This document shows, piece by piece, positions 1 to 10,042 of a DNA stretch of 64,000 bases. Location: the IMG/VR virus record IMGVR_UViG_3300006737_000026. The stretch is one strand, 5' to 3'. The stretch comes from an uncultured virus (IMG/VR IMGVR_UViG_3300006737_000026) (Duplodnaviria > Heunggongvirae > Uroviricota > Caudoviricetes). Below the pieces are notes generated by a model. The model did not search any database. It worked only from the letters and a program-made list of their open reading frames with translations, and was not told the origin of the DNA. Within the stretch, counting starts at the first letter, position 1. Each line of letters starts with the position of its first letter. The position numbers and the translations under genes are program-made.

Positions 1-1
1 C

Positions 2-187
2 GATGGGGGAGTATCAGACTCTGGTGAAGGTCGTTGGACTCTTCACGCTGCTGTGGATCTTGGTGTACCCACACCTGTTATCTCTGCCGCACTATTTGAA
101 CGCTTTAATTCTCGCAGACTGGGGGAATTCGGAAACAAAATCCTGAACGGTATGAGGTACATGTTCGGGGGACATAATGTTAGGTGA
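2..187 (+). CDS. gnd: 6-phosphogluconate dehydrogenase, 3' end (partial)
   Basis: Manual translation DGGVSDSGEGRWTLHAAVDLGVPTPVISAALFERF...MRYMFGGHNVR*. DSGEGRW and R.xFGGH are 6PGDH C-terminal motifs; lies next to zwf. Confidence 0.93.
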   Translation, partial: DGGVSDSGEGRWTLHAAVDLGVPTPVISAALFERFNSRRLGEFGNKILNGMRYMFGGHNVR

Positions 188-305
188 AGCACTCAAATGG
201 TTGGCCATACCGTTTGTACTTTCCACGGTATATTTCGGGTTACGAAAAGGTGAAAATGTCTACTATGAAAGCGACAAATACAATGGAAACGGAACAGCTC
301 ACTAG
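177..305 (+). CDS. ndhP: NdhP-like small subunit of NDH-1 (42 aa, single TM)
   Basis: Manual translation MLGEALKWLAIPFVLSTVYFGLRKGENVYYESDKYNGNGTAH. One hydrophobic helix plus the FG...Y(D/E)xDxYxGNG(S/T)AH tail typical of cyanobacterial NdhP. Confidence 0.75.
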   Translation: MLGEALKWLAIPFVLSTVYFGLRKGENVYYESDKYNGNGTAH

Positions 306-1626
306 ACGCATAGTTATCTTCGGTGCTACTGGAGATCTATGCAAAAAGAAATTAATTCCAGCACTCTTTGAGTTATGGAAGAAAGGTCTTATCCCTGAAG
401 GACTCCTAATTGTGGGTGCATCTCGCAGAGAACTTCCAAGAGAAACTTGGTTAAGTGATCTCGGTGATTACCCAGAGGAGTTTACTGATTGGTTGGACTT
501 CGTTTCATGCGATCTTGATTGTCAAGAGAGTTTGAACAAACTACACGATAAAAGTGTAGATACAACATACTTCTTATCTGTCCCACCAGAGAGGTACGAA
601 AATGCAATTATCAATCTTAAAGAAGCTGGGTTCTTGGATGACCCAGAACACTCCAGAGTGGTTATCGAAAAACCCTTTGGCCACGACTATAAATCTGCTC
701 ATCATCTACAGTCAGTGGTGGAGCGACATCTACGGGAAAAACAAGTTTATCGCATTGACCATTATCTCGGTAAAGATACTGTTAATAACATCCTTGCCAC
801 CCGCTTTAGCAATATTCTACTGGAACCGCTTTGGAACAGGAACTATGTAGAAGAAGTTCAGATTTATGCAACCGAGACTATTGGTTGTGAGGGTAGGTCT
901 CAATACTACGAAACTTCTGGAGCAGTTCGGGATATGCTTCAGAATCATATTCTTCAGGTTCTGTCCCTGATTGCTATGGAAGCACCATGCCGAATGTCAG
1001 CAACTGAAGTCAGACGAGAGAAGACAAAAGTGTTGGCAGCGACTAGAATGTCACCGACCATCGTTCTTGGACAATATGAATCTTATCGTTCTGAAGAGGG
1101 CGTTGATCCTCACAGTACCACTCCTACCTATTTTGCTGGTACTCTATTCATCGATAACTGGCGTTGGGAAGGAGTTCCTTTTAACGTGATGACTGGTAAG
1201 AAGATGCCTTATGGATGCGTTGAAGTTGTGATCAAACTAAAAGCACCACCGCTAAATCTCTATGAAGGGGAAGTCAATGATCGCATATGCATGCGTTTAC
1301 AACCTAATCCACATCTTGATATTCGGATGGATATTAAGTCCCCTGGTCTTAACGACGACTTGGAGCGAGCAACACTATCCCACGAATATCCAGTCGATAG
1401 AGCGATAGATGGATATGAAAAACTATTCTATGATGCTATCCGCAATGATCAATCACACTTTGTTCATGCTGATGAAGTGATGGAGTCTTGGAGAATTGTT
1501 GATGATCTTCTCTGTGAAGGTGATCAATGTCAAATTCGTACAGTGCCCTACATCTATAAAGAAGGTAATTGGGGTCCTTGGCATAAGTTAGATCAACTAG
1601 GAATCGATTGGGATTATCCAGCATGA
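283..1626 (+). CDS. zwf: glucose-6-phosphate 1-dehydrogenase
   Basis: IVIFGATGDL, VIEKPFG, RIDHYLGK, RDMLQNH motifs. Start placed at ATG 283 (METEQL) rather than 184. Confidence 0.97.
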   Translation: METEQLTRRIVIFGATGDLCKKKLIPALFELWKKGLIPEGLLIVGASRRELPRETWLSDLGDYPEEFTDWLDFVSCDLDCQESLNKLHDKSVDTTYFLSVPPERYENAIINLKEAGFLDDPEHSRVVIEKPFGHDYKSAHHLQSVVERHLREKQVYRIDHYLGKDTVNNILATRFSNILLEPLWNRNYVEEVQIYATETIGCEGRSQYYETSGAVRDMLQNHILQVLSLIAMEAPCRMSATEVRREKTKVLAATRMSPTIVLGQYESYRSEEGVDPHSTTPTYFAGTLFIDNWRWEGVPFNVMTGKKMPYGCVEVVIKLKAPPLNLYEGEVNDRICMRLQPNPHLDIRMDIKSPGLNDDLERATLSHEYPVDRAIDGYEKLFYDAIRNDQSHFVHADEVMESWRIVDDLLCEGDQCQIRTVPYIYKEGNWGPWHKLDQLGIDWDYPA

Positions 1627-1772
1627 CACACACAGTTCTAATGTTTGTTAGACACACCATGGAAACCCCATGGTCACTAGGATTTTTATGCCTCATTCTA
1701 ATCGTAGTTCCCATTATAGGGATGGACCTAGTACATAAATACGGTTGGGAACACTGGCAACCGTTTAAATGA
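1623..1772 (+). CDS. small membrane protein (49 aa)
   Basis: Manual translation MTHTVLMFVRHTMETPWSLGFLCLILIVVPIIGMDLVHKYGWEHWQPFK; ATGA overlap with the zwf stop. Confidence 0.65.
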   Translation: MTHTVLMFVRHTMETPWSLGFLCLILIVVPIIGMDLVHKYGWEHWQPFK

Positions 1773-1927
1773 GTTTACATAAACGCCACGGTCCTTTAAG
1801 TGGTGAAGAAGTACAAGAACAAAGAGAACTAAGAAAACAATTACGCGAACGTATAAAGCAACTTCGCATGCAACAATACATTGATGATGATGAAGAACCA
1901 GATATTTTTATAGGAGCAGGTATATGA
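1769..1927 (+). CDS. hypothetical protein (52 aa)
   Basis: ATGA-coupled on both sides; MSLHKRHGPLSGEEVQEQRELRKQLRERIKQLRMQQ... Confidence 0.55.
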   Translation: MSLHKRHGPLSGEEVQEQRELRKQLRERIKQLRMQQYIDDDEEPDIFIGAGI

Positions 1928-2130
1928 ATCTACTCCTTCGACCATTAGAGAATAACAACGATCCCGTCTGGAGTGTGATCATCTCGATCATGCTGCTCCT
2001 GGCGGGAGTTTTTTATGTTGTCGTCTATATATTAGGCATTGACGAGAGAGAATCCCATGGGAGCGATGACCCCACCAAACAGGAAGAGTTGTTACAACTT
2101 TCGAGTGACGGAGATAAACCGTGTTCTTGA
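1924..2130 (+). CDS. small membrane protein
   Basis: One TM segment (VWSVIISIMLLLAGVFYVVVYILG); AGGAG upstream. Confidence 0.6.
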   Translation: MNLLLRPLENNNDPVWSVIISIMLLLAGVFYVVVYILGIDERESHGSDDPTKQEELLQLSSDGDKPCS

Positions 2131-2515
2131 CGGCGATACTATTGATGTCACCATTGATCTTGGGTTTGACTTATACAAGAAAGAAAGAGTTAGAATTGCA
2201 GGAGTTGATACGCCAGAGAAAAGAACAAGAGATCTGGAGGAGAAGGCACTGGGACTAGATGCCACCAATTGGATGAAAGAAAAATTGGAAGGGGCAATTG
2301 CTGGTGAAGATGATCTTGTTATTCGCACTGAACTAGTCGGTGGTATGGGTAAATATGGTCGTCTTCTAGGATGGTTATATATTGGGGACGCACCAGTCTC
2401 TCTCAACGAAATGATGATTGAGGAAGGTTATGCTTGGGCATACGACGGTGGAACCAAGCAGAAAAACTTTGAGGAGTTAAGAGAAATCCGCCGCACACAT
2501 GGAACACTAGTATGA
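2057..2515 (+). CDS. thermonuclease (SNase-like) family endonuclease
   Basis: RVLDGDTI, RVRIAGVDTPE, GKYGRLLG, LNEMMIEEGYA motifs. Confidence 0.85.
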   Translation: MGAMTPPNRKSCYNFRVTEINRVLDGDTIDVTIDLGFDLYKKERVRIAGVDTPEKRTRDLEEKALGLDATNWMKEKLEGAIAGEDDLVIRTELVGGMGKYGRLLGWLYIGDAPVSLNEMMIEEGYAWAYDGGTKQKNFEELREIRRTHGTLV

Positions 2516-2727
2516 GAACAGAATTAATTCGTGCTTTAAAAGCACACGCCACTGGGCATATTGCTAAGCACAAAGCAAACATCGAAATTTATTTAAAAAA
2601 TCCCGTTGGCATCGGAGAACATTCGGATCTTATCGAAGCAATGGAAAAAGAATTAGATGAAATTGCTCGCTACCATGATCAACTTGAAGTCATCAGTAAA
2701 TATCTAAGCGACAAGCAGTATGAATAA
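2512..2727 (+). CDS. hypothetical phage protein
   Basis: Coupled ORF immediately before the terminase. Confidence 0.7.
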   Translation: MRTELIRALKAHATGHIAKHKANIEIYLKNPVGIGEHSDLIEAMEKELDEIARYHDQLEVISKYLSDKQYE

Positions 2728-4366
2728 CGATCAGTACCTTGGTAATCCCAATCTAAAGAAAGCAAATACAGCAATCGACTTCACACCAGATGAGGTTGCT
2801 GAGGTATTGAAGTGTTCAGAAGATCCTGTATATTTCATCAAAAACTATATCAAGATTGTTTCTCTTGATAAGGGTTTGATTCCTTTTGACATGTATCATT
2901 TCCAAGAGGAGATGGTGGAAAAGTTTCATGCTGAGAGATTTAATATTGCAAAACTACCACGACAGAGTGGTAAATCTACCATTGTTACTTCATACCTGTT
3001 ATGGTATGTACTATTCAATCCGAATGTTAACGTAGCAATCCTAGCAAACAAAGCAGCAACCGCAAGGGAAATGCTGCAACGCTTACAACTATCATATGAA
3101 AACCTCCCCAAGTGGCTCCAGCAAGGAATCCTCCAATGGAACAGGGGCAGTCTGGAACTGGAGAACGGCTCTAAGATCATGGCTGCTTCTACTTCAGCTA
3201 GTGCCGTCAGGGGTATGTCTTTTAATGTCATATTTCTGGACGAATTCGCGTTCATTCCGAATCACATTGCTGACCAGTTCTTTAGTTCTGTTTATCCTAC
3301 TATCTCATCTGGTAAATCTACCAAGGTTATTATCATTTCTACCCCACACGGGATGAACATGTTCTACAAACTCTGGCATGATGCAGAGCGTGGATCAAAT
3401 GAATATGTTCCCACTGAAGTGCATTGGTCAGAAGTACCAGGTAGAGATGAAGTATGGAAAGAACAGACGATCAAGAACACATCAGAACAACAGTTCCGAG
3501 TTGAGTTTGAGTGTGAGTTCTTAGGATCTGTTGATACATTGATCTCTCCTAGTAAGTTGAGAATCATGCCGTATCATGATCCTATGAAGGAGCACAAAGG
3601 TCTTGCTGTATTTGAACAAGCAATCCCAGAACACAATTATGTTCTTACTGTGGATGTATCACGAGGTGTAGGAAGTGACTATTCAGCATTTACTGTCATG
3701 GATACAACCACTGTCCCATATAAAATGGTTGCTAGATATAAGAACAATGAAATAAAACCTATAGTCCTACCAAATATTATCACTGATGTAGCAAGAAACT
3801 ATAATCAAGCATACATTTTGTGTGAAGTAAATGACATTGGTGGTCAGGTAGCAGATATTATTCAGTATGATTTAGAGTATGAGAATCTATTGATGTGCTC
3901 CATGCGTGGTCGTGCAGGACAACAATTAGGTCAAGGATTCTCTGGTAAGAAGACTCAACTTGGAATTAAGATGTCAACTGCAGCAAAGCAAGTTGGTTGT
4001 TCTAATCTCAAAGCATTGATTGAGGATGATAAACTCCTTATAAATGATTACGATACTATTGCAGAATTAACAACATTCATTGCAAAGGGGCAAACGTTCC
4101 AAGCAGAAGAAGGATGTAATGATGACTTGGCAATGTGCTTAGTTATTTTTGCTTGGATGGCAATGCAACCTTACTTCAAAGAGATGCATGATAATGATGT
4201 AAGACAGAGAATATATGATGACCAACGTGACGCGATTGAACAGGACATGGCTCCGTTTGGATTCGTCACTGACGGAATGGAAGACGAGTATTTTGCAGAC
4301 GCTCAAGGGGATGTTTGGAGGGTCGCGGAATATGGTGATAAGTCCTATATGTGGGAGTTTAGGTAA
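2720..4366 (+). CDS. g17: terminase large subunit gp17
   Basis: LPRQSGKST Walker A, IFLDEFAF Walker B, ISTPHG, C-terminal nuclease (VDVSRG...NDDLAM). Confidence 0.97.
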   Translation: MNNDQYLGNPNLKKANTAIDFTPDEVAEVLKCSEDPVYFIKNYIKIVSLDKGLIPFDMYHFQEEMVEKFHAERFNIAKLPRQSGKSTIVTSYLLWYVLFNPNVNVAILANKAATAREMLQRLQLSYENLPKWLQQGILQWNRGSLELENGSKIMAASTSASAVRGMSFNVIFLDEFAFIPNHIADQFFSSVYPTISSGKSTKVIIISTPHGMNMFYKLWHDAERGSNEYVPTEVHWSEVPGRDEVWKEQTIKNTSEQQFRVEFECEFLGSVDTLISPSKLRIMPYHDPMKEHKGLAVFEQAIPEHNYVLTVDVSRGVGSDYSAFTVMDTTTVPYKMVARYKNNEIKPIVLPNIITDVARNYNQAYILCEVNDIGGQVADIIQYDLEYENLLMCSMRGRAGQQLGQGFSGKKTQLGIKMSTAAKQVGCSNLKALIEDDKLLINDYDTIAELTTFIAKGQTFQAEEGCNDDLAMCLVIFAWMAMQPYFKEMHDNDVRQRIYDDQRDAIEQDMAPFGFVTDGMEDEYFADAQGDVWRVAEYGDKSYMWEFR

Positions 4367-4377
4367 CGTTTCAAAAA

Positions 4378-4385
4378 TATAAATA
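4378..4385 (+). promoter_or_regulatory. T4-type late promoter
   Basis: TATAAATA upstream of g18. Confidence 0.85.
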
Positions 4386-4430
4386 ATCCTAGACATCTGA
4401 TGTTGGAATCACTCTAGGAGAATTTTAAAC

Positions 4431-6683
4431 ATGGCAGCCAATCAATTATCGCCAGGTGTAGTCATTCAGGAAAGAGACCTGACGACTATCACCACATTAT
4501 CAACCGCAAATATTGGCGTGCTCGCAGCACCCTTTGAACTCGGTCCCGTAGAAGAAGTAATCGAAATTTCGAGCGAGCGAGATCTCGCGCAGCGTTTTGG
4601 AAAACCCAATGACGCTAACTATGAGTATTGGTATACTGCTGCTCAATTCCTCTCCTACGGTGGTCTCCTAAAAACTATTCGTGTAAATTCTTCTGCACTT
4701 AAGAACGCGGTTAACACTGGCACTGCTCCTCTGGTTAAAAATCTCCAAGATTATGAAACCACATACGAGAGTGCTGTAAATACTTGGACCTGGGCAGCGA
4801 GAACTGCTGGTACTAAGGGTAACTCTATCGGTGTCTTCGTAACTGATTCTGGCGCTGATCAGATTGCTGTCATTCCTGCTCCTGGATCTGGTAACGAGCC
4901 TGAGTTCGTTGCTGATGAAGCGGTTTCTGCAACATCTGGTGCTGCTGGTAAAGTATTCAAGTACAGCATTGTCCTGACTGTTGATACAGTTGTCGGTGAC
5001 TTTGTTCCTGGTACTTCTACTACAATCGCAATTGGTGGTTCTAACGAGACAATTAATGTTCTTGCATGGGATCCCGCAAACAAAAAACTTGAAATCGGTC
5101 TTCCTTCGGGTGGTGTTACTGGTATCATCGCTGATGCTCAGGTTGTCACCCAAGGCACTAACACCTGCGCTATCGCTGCTTCTGGCATCGAGCGCCGTCT
5201 GTATGTTGCACTGAATAAGTCTAGCATCGACTTCGCTGCTTCTGACAGTGTAAATGATACTAACAGCAACGCTTCTGTAATTACTTCAGTTCGTGCTGAG
5301 TATGCTGAGCGTGAGTATCTGCCTGGTTCTAAGTGGATCAACGTTGCTTCCCGCCCTGGTACTTCCCTGTATGCATCTAATGCAGGTGGTCACCGCGACG
5401 AAATGCACATCCTCGTAATCGACGTTGATGGCAAGATCACTGGTACAACTGGTGCTGTCCTTGAGCGTTTCATCGGTGTTTCTAAAGCATCCGACGCTAA
5501 GACTTCCGTTGGTGAAGTTAACTTCTATAAGGAAGTAATTAAGCAGAGATCTGAGTATCTGTTCTGGGGTAAGCACGAGGCAGGTTTATTCGCTGCTACT
5601 GCAACTGCTTCTGATGGTAACTGGGGATTGACTGCTAACTCACGTCAGTTCAACCTGCTCCGTTCTACAACTGGTTCTACTTCCTATCCTGAAGGACGTA
5701 CAACTTTAGGTTCTAAGAACAACGCTACTTTCTACTATCGTCTTGAGAGTGGTGCTGACTATGCAGCAAGTGGTGGTAGCTACAGCATTTCTAACGCTGA
5801 TCTTTCTACCGCATACGAACTGATCGAAGATCCTGAGTCACAGACCGTTGATTACATCCTCACTGGTCCTTCTGGTGTTGATGATTCTTCAGCAATCGCT
5901 AAAGTAACTTCCCTGGTCAATATCGCTGAAGAGCGTAGAGACTGCATGGTATTTGTTTCTCCTCGCCGTGGCAATGTCATCGGTGTTAGCAACACTACCA
6001 CAATTACTGACAACATGGTTGGATTCTTTAACCAGTTGCCTAGTTCTTCTTACCTGGCATTTGACTCGGGTTATAAGTACATCTATGATAAGTACAACGA
6101 TGTATATCGTTACGTTCCTTGTAACGGTGACGTTGCTGGTCTTTGCCTGCAAACCACTGAGACTGCAGAACCTTGGTTCTCTCCCGCTGGTTTCCAACGT
6201 GGCATCCTGAGAAATGCAATCAAACTTGCATTCACTCCTACTAAGACACAGCGTGATCGTCTGTATGCTGCTCGCATCAACCCGATTGTTTCTTTCCCTG
6301 GTCAAGGCGTAGTCCTGTTCGGTGATAAGACTGCTCTCGGTTTCGCATCAGCATTCGATAGAATCAACGTCCGTCGTTTGTTCCTGACTATCGAGCGTGT
6401 CATCAGTGGTGCTGCTAAGTCTCAACTGTTTGAACAGAACGATGAGTCACAGCGTTCCTTGTTCCTCAACATTGTTGAACCTTACATGCGTGACGTTCAA
6501 GGTCGTCGTGGTGTAACCGACTTCCTGATCAAGTGTGATAGCGACAACAACCCACCTGAGGCAGTTGATAGAGGCGAATTCTTCGCGGAGATCTTCGTGA
6601 AACCAACACGCACAATTAACTTCATTACTCTGACATTCGTTGCAACCAGAACTGGTGTTGCATTCAGCGAAGTCGCTCAGTAA
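4431..6683 (+). CDS. g18: tail sheath protein gp18
   Basis: LSPGVVIQERDLT start, PWFSPAG, FDRINVRRLF, KPTRTINFITLTFVA. Confidence 0.97.
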   Translation: MAANQLSPGVVIQERDLTTITTLSTANIGVLAAPFELGPVEEVIEISSERDLAQRFGKPNDANYEYWYTAAQFLSYGGLLKTIRVNSSALKNAVNTGTAPLVKNLQDYETTYESAVNTWTWAARTAGTKGNSIGVFVTDSGADQIAVIPAPGSGNEPEFVADEAVSATSGAAGKVFKYSIVLTVDTVVGDFVPGTSTTIAIGGSNETINVLAWDPANKKLEIGLPSGGVTGIIADAQVVTQGTNTCAIAASGIERRLYVALNKSSIDFAASDSVNDTNSNASVITSVRAEYAEREYLPGSKWINVASRPGTSLYASNAGGHRDEMHILVIDVDGKITGTTGAVLERFIGVSKASDAKTSVGEVNFYKEVIKQRSEYLFWGKHEAGLFAATATASDGNWGLTANSRQFNLLRSTTGSTSYPEGRTTLGSKNNATFYYRLESGADYAASGGSYSISNADLSTAYELIEDPESQTVDYILTGPSGVDDSSAIAKVTSLVNIAEERRDCMVFVSPRRGNVIGVSNTTTITDNMVGFFNQLPSSSYLAFDSGYKYIYDKYNDVYRYVPCNGDVAGLCLQTTETAEPWFSPAGFQRGILRNAIKLAFTPTKTQRDRLYAARINPIVSFPGQGVVLFGDKTALGFASAFDRINVRRLFLTIERVISGAAKSQLFEQNDESQRSLFLNIVEPYMRDVQGRRGVTDFLIKCDSDNNPPEAVDRGEFFAEIFVKPTRTINFITLTFVATRTGVAFSEVAQ

Positions 6684-6708
6684 TAACACATAACATAATA
6701 CATTACGG

Positions 6709-6741
6709 TTTCAGGGGTTCGCAAGAACCTCTGAAATTTTT
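6709..6741 (+). terminator. stem-loop / intrinsic terminator after g18
   Basis: TTTCAGGGGTTC-GCAA-GAACCTCTGAAA then a T run; a late-promoter-like AATAAATA follows at 6748. Confidence 0.7.
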
Positions 6742-6782
6742 CATTTGAATAAATATTTCGGAACGGAGAACTTACAAAAACA

Positions 6783-7367
6783 ATGGCAAAAAGAGGCACC
6801 CTCGACGATTTTAAGGCAAATGTCGCTTCAGACTTTGCGCGTCCTAATCTATTCCAAGTGGATCTCGCATTCCCTTCAGGAATTATCAATAATGCATCCT
6901 TAGTAGAACTCGGTAAGTTTACTGTTCGCGCAGCAAACCTTCCTGCTTCTCAGATCGGTGTTATTGAAGTTCCGTTCAGAGGTCGTGTATTGAAGATTGC
7001 TGGCGACAGAACGTTTGAACCTTGGACCATCACGATCCAAAACGACAGTAAGTTCACCCTTCGTACTGCGTTTGAATTGTGGGCATCTTCAGTTCAGGCA
7101 TATAACGAGAACTTTACATCTGCTGCTGGTCTTGGTGATGCAGACGATGCAACTGGTTACTTTGCAGACATGACTGTTCATCAGTTAGCAAGAGACATTA
7201 AGGATGGCGAGAAGCCTAAGATTCTTAAGTCTTACAGATTCTACAACGTATTCCCCAGTGCAATCGCTGCGATTGATCTGGACTTCGGTAACAACGATGC
7301 TATCGAAGAATTTACAGTTGAACTTCAGACACAATACTGGACTCCAATCAGTTCTGTAGATTCCTGA
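6783..7367 (+). CDS. g19: tail tube protein gp19
   Basis: ARPNLFQV, FRGRVLKIAGDRTFEPWTITI, IEEFTVEL. Confidence 0.96.
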   Translation: MAKRGTLDDFKANVASDFARPNLFQVDLAFPSGIINNASLVELGKFTVRAANLPASQIGVIEVPFRGRVLKIAGDRTFEPWTITIQNDSKFTLRTAFELWASSVQAYNENFTSAAGLGDADDATGYFADMTVHQLARDIKDGEKPKILKSYRFYNVFPSAIAAIDLDFGNNDAIEEFTVELQTQYWTPISSVDS

Positions 7368-7400
7368 TAAATAGAACAGGACCAATAAGCATATAACATA

Positions 7401-9002
7401 ATGTCGAATCAGCTCTTCGGTTTTTCACTTGAAAGAGCAAAGAAGGTCCCCAAGGGGCCTTCTTTTGTTCAAAAAGATAGCATGGATGGTTCGCAACCTA
7501 TTGTAGGTGGCGGATACTATGGATACTCTGTCGATTTTGATGGAACTGTCCGTAACGAATACGAACTAATTACTCGATACCGAGAGATGGTTCTGCAACC
7601 CGAGTGTGATAGTGCAGTCGATGATATCGTAAATGAAACTATTTGCGGTAATTTTGATGATGTACCTGTGGAGGTTGAGTTATCCAACCTAAAACAATCG
7701 GACAAAATTAAAAAATTAATCAGGGATGAGTTTAGTAATATCCTCCGCCTGCTTGATTTTGAAAATAGATCTTATGAAATCTTCCGTCGTTGGTATGTAG
7801 ATGGAAGATTATTTTATCATAAAGTAATTGACCCCCAAAATCCTAGGGGTGGTCTTACGGAACTTAGATATATCGATCCCCGTAAGATTCGCAAGGTCAC
7901 TGAGTATCAGGAAAAGCGCCCAGAGCAACTGCGTGGGGTTGATCTCAATACTCAACTTACTCAGAAATCTGCAGAATATTTTCTGTACAACCCAAAGGGT
8001 CTGAAGAATTCTACGAATCAAGGTATCAAGATTGCCTCTGATTCCGTCACCTATTGTCATTCTGGTATTCAGGATCTCAATAAGAACATGACCCTTTCTC
8101 ACCTACATAAAGCAATCAAAGCAGTTAACCAACTGCGAATGATTGAAGATTCTTTGGTGATCTATCGTTTGAGTAGAGCACCAGAACGTAGAATCTTCTA
8201 TATTGATGTAGGTAATCTTCCCAAGAACAAAGCAGAACAATATCTGCGTGAAGTCATGGGACGCTATCGTAACAAGATGGTTTATGATGCTAACACGGGT
8301 GAGATCAAGGATGACAAGAAGTTCATGTCCATGTTGGAGGACTTCTGGTTACCCCGTCGCGAGGGAGGGCGCGGCACTGAAATTTCCACCCTTCCTGGCG
8401 GGCAAAACCTCGGTGAATTGGAAGATGTAAAATACTTCCAGAAGAAGCTATACAAAGCTTTGAACGTGCCCTCATCGAGACTTGAAACTGAGACTACATT
8501 CAATATTGGTCGTGCTGCTGAAATTACTAGGGACGAAGTAAAGTTCCAGAAATTTATTGCACGTCTCCGTAAAAGGTTCTCTGAACTCTTTATGGATCTC
8601 CTTAAAACTCAACTCGTTCTCAAAGGCGTTATGTCTATTGAAGAATGGGAAGACGTTAAGGAGCATATTCAATTCGACTTTATTGCGGACAACTACTTCA
8701 CTGAACTGAAGGAAATTGAAATCCGTAATGAGCGTATGAATCAAGTTAACACTATGGATCCTTACGTCGGCAAGTATTTCTCTATTGATTACATGCGTCG
8801 TCAAGTCCTGAAACAAACGGAACAGGAGATCAAGGAAATTGACAAACAAATCGATTCTGAACGCGAAGCAGGTCTTATTGTTGATCCAAATGCAGAGATG
8901 GATCCCGCTATGGATCCTGGCGCTGCCCCAGAAGCAGATGATATGTCCGCTCAAGAGGCACCCGCTATAGACGCGGGAGATCTCCGAAGAGGAGAATTCT
9001 AA
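7401..9002 (+). CDS. g20: portal vertex protein gp20
   Basis: IYRLSRAPERRIFYIDVGNLPK, EDFWLPRREGGRGTEI. Confidence 0.98.
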   Translation: MSNQLFGFSLERAKKVPKGPSFVQKDSMDGSQPIVGGGYYGYSVDFDGTVRNEYELITRYREMVLQPECDSAVDDIVNETICGNFDDVPVEVELSNLKQSDKIKKLIRDEFSNILRLLDFENRSYEIFRRWYVDGRLFYHKVIDPQNPRGGLTELRYIDPRKIRKVTEYQEKRPEQLRGVDLNTQLTQKSAEYFLYNPKGLKNSTNQGIKIASDSVTYCHSGIQDLNKNMTLSHLHKAIKAVNQLRMIEDSLVIYRLSRAPERRIFYIDVGNLPKNKAEQYLREVMGRYRNKMVYDANTGEIKDDKKFMSMLEDFWLPRREGGRGTEISTLPGGQNLGELEDVKYFQKKLYKALNVPSSRLETETTFNIGRAAEITRDEVKFQKFIARLRKRFSELFMDLLKTQLVLKGVMSIEEWEDVKEHIQFDFIADNYFTELKEIEIRNERMNQVNTMDPYVGKYFSIDYMRRQVLKQTEQEIKEIDKQIDSEREAGLIVDPNAEMDPAMDPGAAPEADDMSAQEAPAIDAGDLRRGEF

Positions 9003-9031
9003 ATAATAAATAACAATGTGAGAGGATTATT

Positions 9032-9367
9032 ATGCCTAGCGAAATTGCACAACAAATCGTACAACAAATTTTCGGAGACGACAAAGCGAAAGCTATCGAT
9101 TCCGTAAATGATGCTTTGAGTGCTGCTGCATTTGACGCAATTCAACAACGTAAAGTTGACTTTGCCCAGAGTATGGGGTTTGAATTGGATGATACTGCAC
9201 AGGATTCTGCAGATGAAATTGCGGATAACTTACCTGACGGTACTGAAGAACCTGAAACTGTAGAAGTTGATGGTCGCAAACCTGAAGATCCTCCCGCCGA
9301 TGAGGTGGAGCAACCTACCGCTGAACTAGAACAACCTGAGGAACAAACCGATGAGACTGATAGCTGA
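9032..9367 (+). CDS. acidic prohead core protein (gp67-like position)
   Basis: Very acidic ORF between g20 and g21. Confidence 0.6.
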   Translation: MPSEIAQQIVQQIFGDDKAKAIDSVNDALSAAAFDAIQQRKVDFAQSMGFELDDTAQDSADEIADNLPDGTEEPETVEVDGRKPEDPPADEVEQPTAELEQPEEQTDETDS

Positions 9368-9995
9368 AGAAATCACTAGTGTCGATTTTCTCTGTGAGGA
9401 GAATGAAGGCAAGAAAAATTACTTCATCGAAGGTATCTTCCTGCAATCGGAAATCAAAAACCGTAACAACAGGATGTATCCCCAGAAAACTTTGGCGCGT
9501 GAAGTTGCTAAATATGATGAGAACTACATTCAAAAAGGGCGTGCTCTTGGCGAATTAGGTCATCCTGATGGTCCTTCCATCAACCTTGACCGCGTTTCAC
9601 ATAAGATTCTTTCTCTTAAGGAAGACGGGAATAACTTTATCGGTAAGGCAAAGTTACTCGAAACTCCTATGGGTAAGATCGCAAAAGACCTCTTAAGTGA
9701 GGGTGTGCGTTTGGGTGTTTCATCCAGAGGCATGGGTTCTATCCGTAAGGAAGAGAACTGTAATGTTGTTATGGACGACTTCATGCTTGCAACTGCTGCT
9801 GATATCGTCGCTGACCCCTCAGCACCTGATGCTTTCGTCGATGGCATCATGGAAGGTAAGGAGTGGGTTTGGGATAATGGTATCCTAAAAGAGTCTGCAG
9901 TAGCAGAAATTAAACAAGAAATTGATCAAGCAACACTTATCAATCTGCAGGAGCGTAAAATCTCCGCGTTTGCAGCATTTTTAAAGAGTTTGTGA
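9351..9995 (+). CDS. g21: prohead protease gp21
   Basis: ALGELGHP, GVSSRGMGS, DIVADPSAPDAFV. Confidence 0.97.
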   Translation: MRLIAEEITSVDFLCEENEGKKNYFIEGIFLQSEIKNRNNRMYPQKTLAREVAKYDENYIQKGRALGELGHPDGPSINLDRVSHKILSLKEDGNNFIGKAKLLETPMGKIAKDLLSEGVRLGVSSRGMGSIRKEENCNVVMDDFMLATAADIVADPSAPDAFVDGIMEGKEWVWDNGILKESAVAEIKQEIDQATLINLQERKISAFAAFLKSL

Positions 9996-9997
9996 TT

Positions 9998-10005
9998 TAT
10001 AAATA
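9998..10005 (+). promoter_or_regulatory. T4-type late promoter
   Basis: TATAAATA upstream of g22. Confidence 0.85.
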
Positions 10006-10042
10006 AATAAAGACAACGCAAAGTATAACGGAGTTTTTACAA

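Noticed and set aside
184..282. N-terminal extension of zwf in the ORF track
   Set aside because: It overlaps gnd and the NdhP-like ORF in another frame; G6PD similarity begins after ATG 283.
1924..2130. NdhQ assignment for the single-TM ORF
   Set aside because: Only generic TM similarity; no diagnostic motif that I can recognise.
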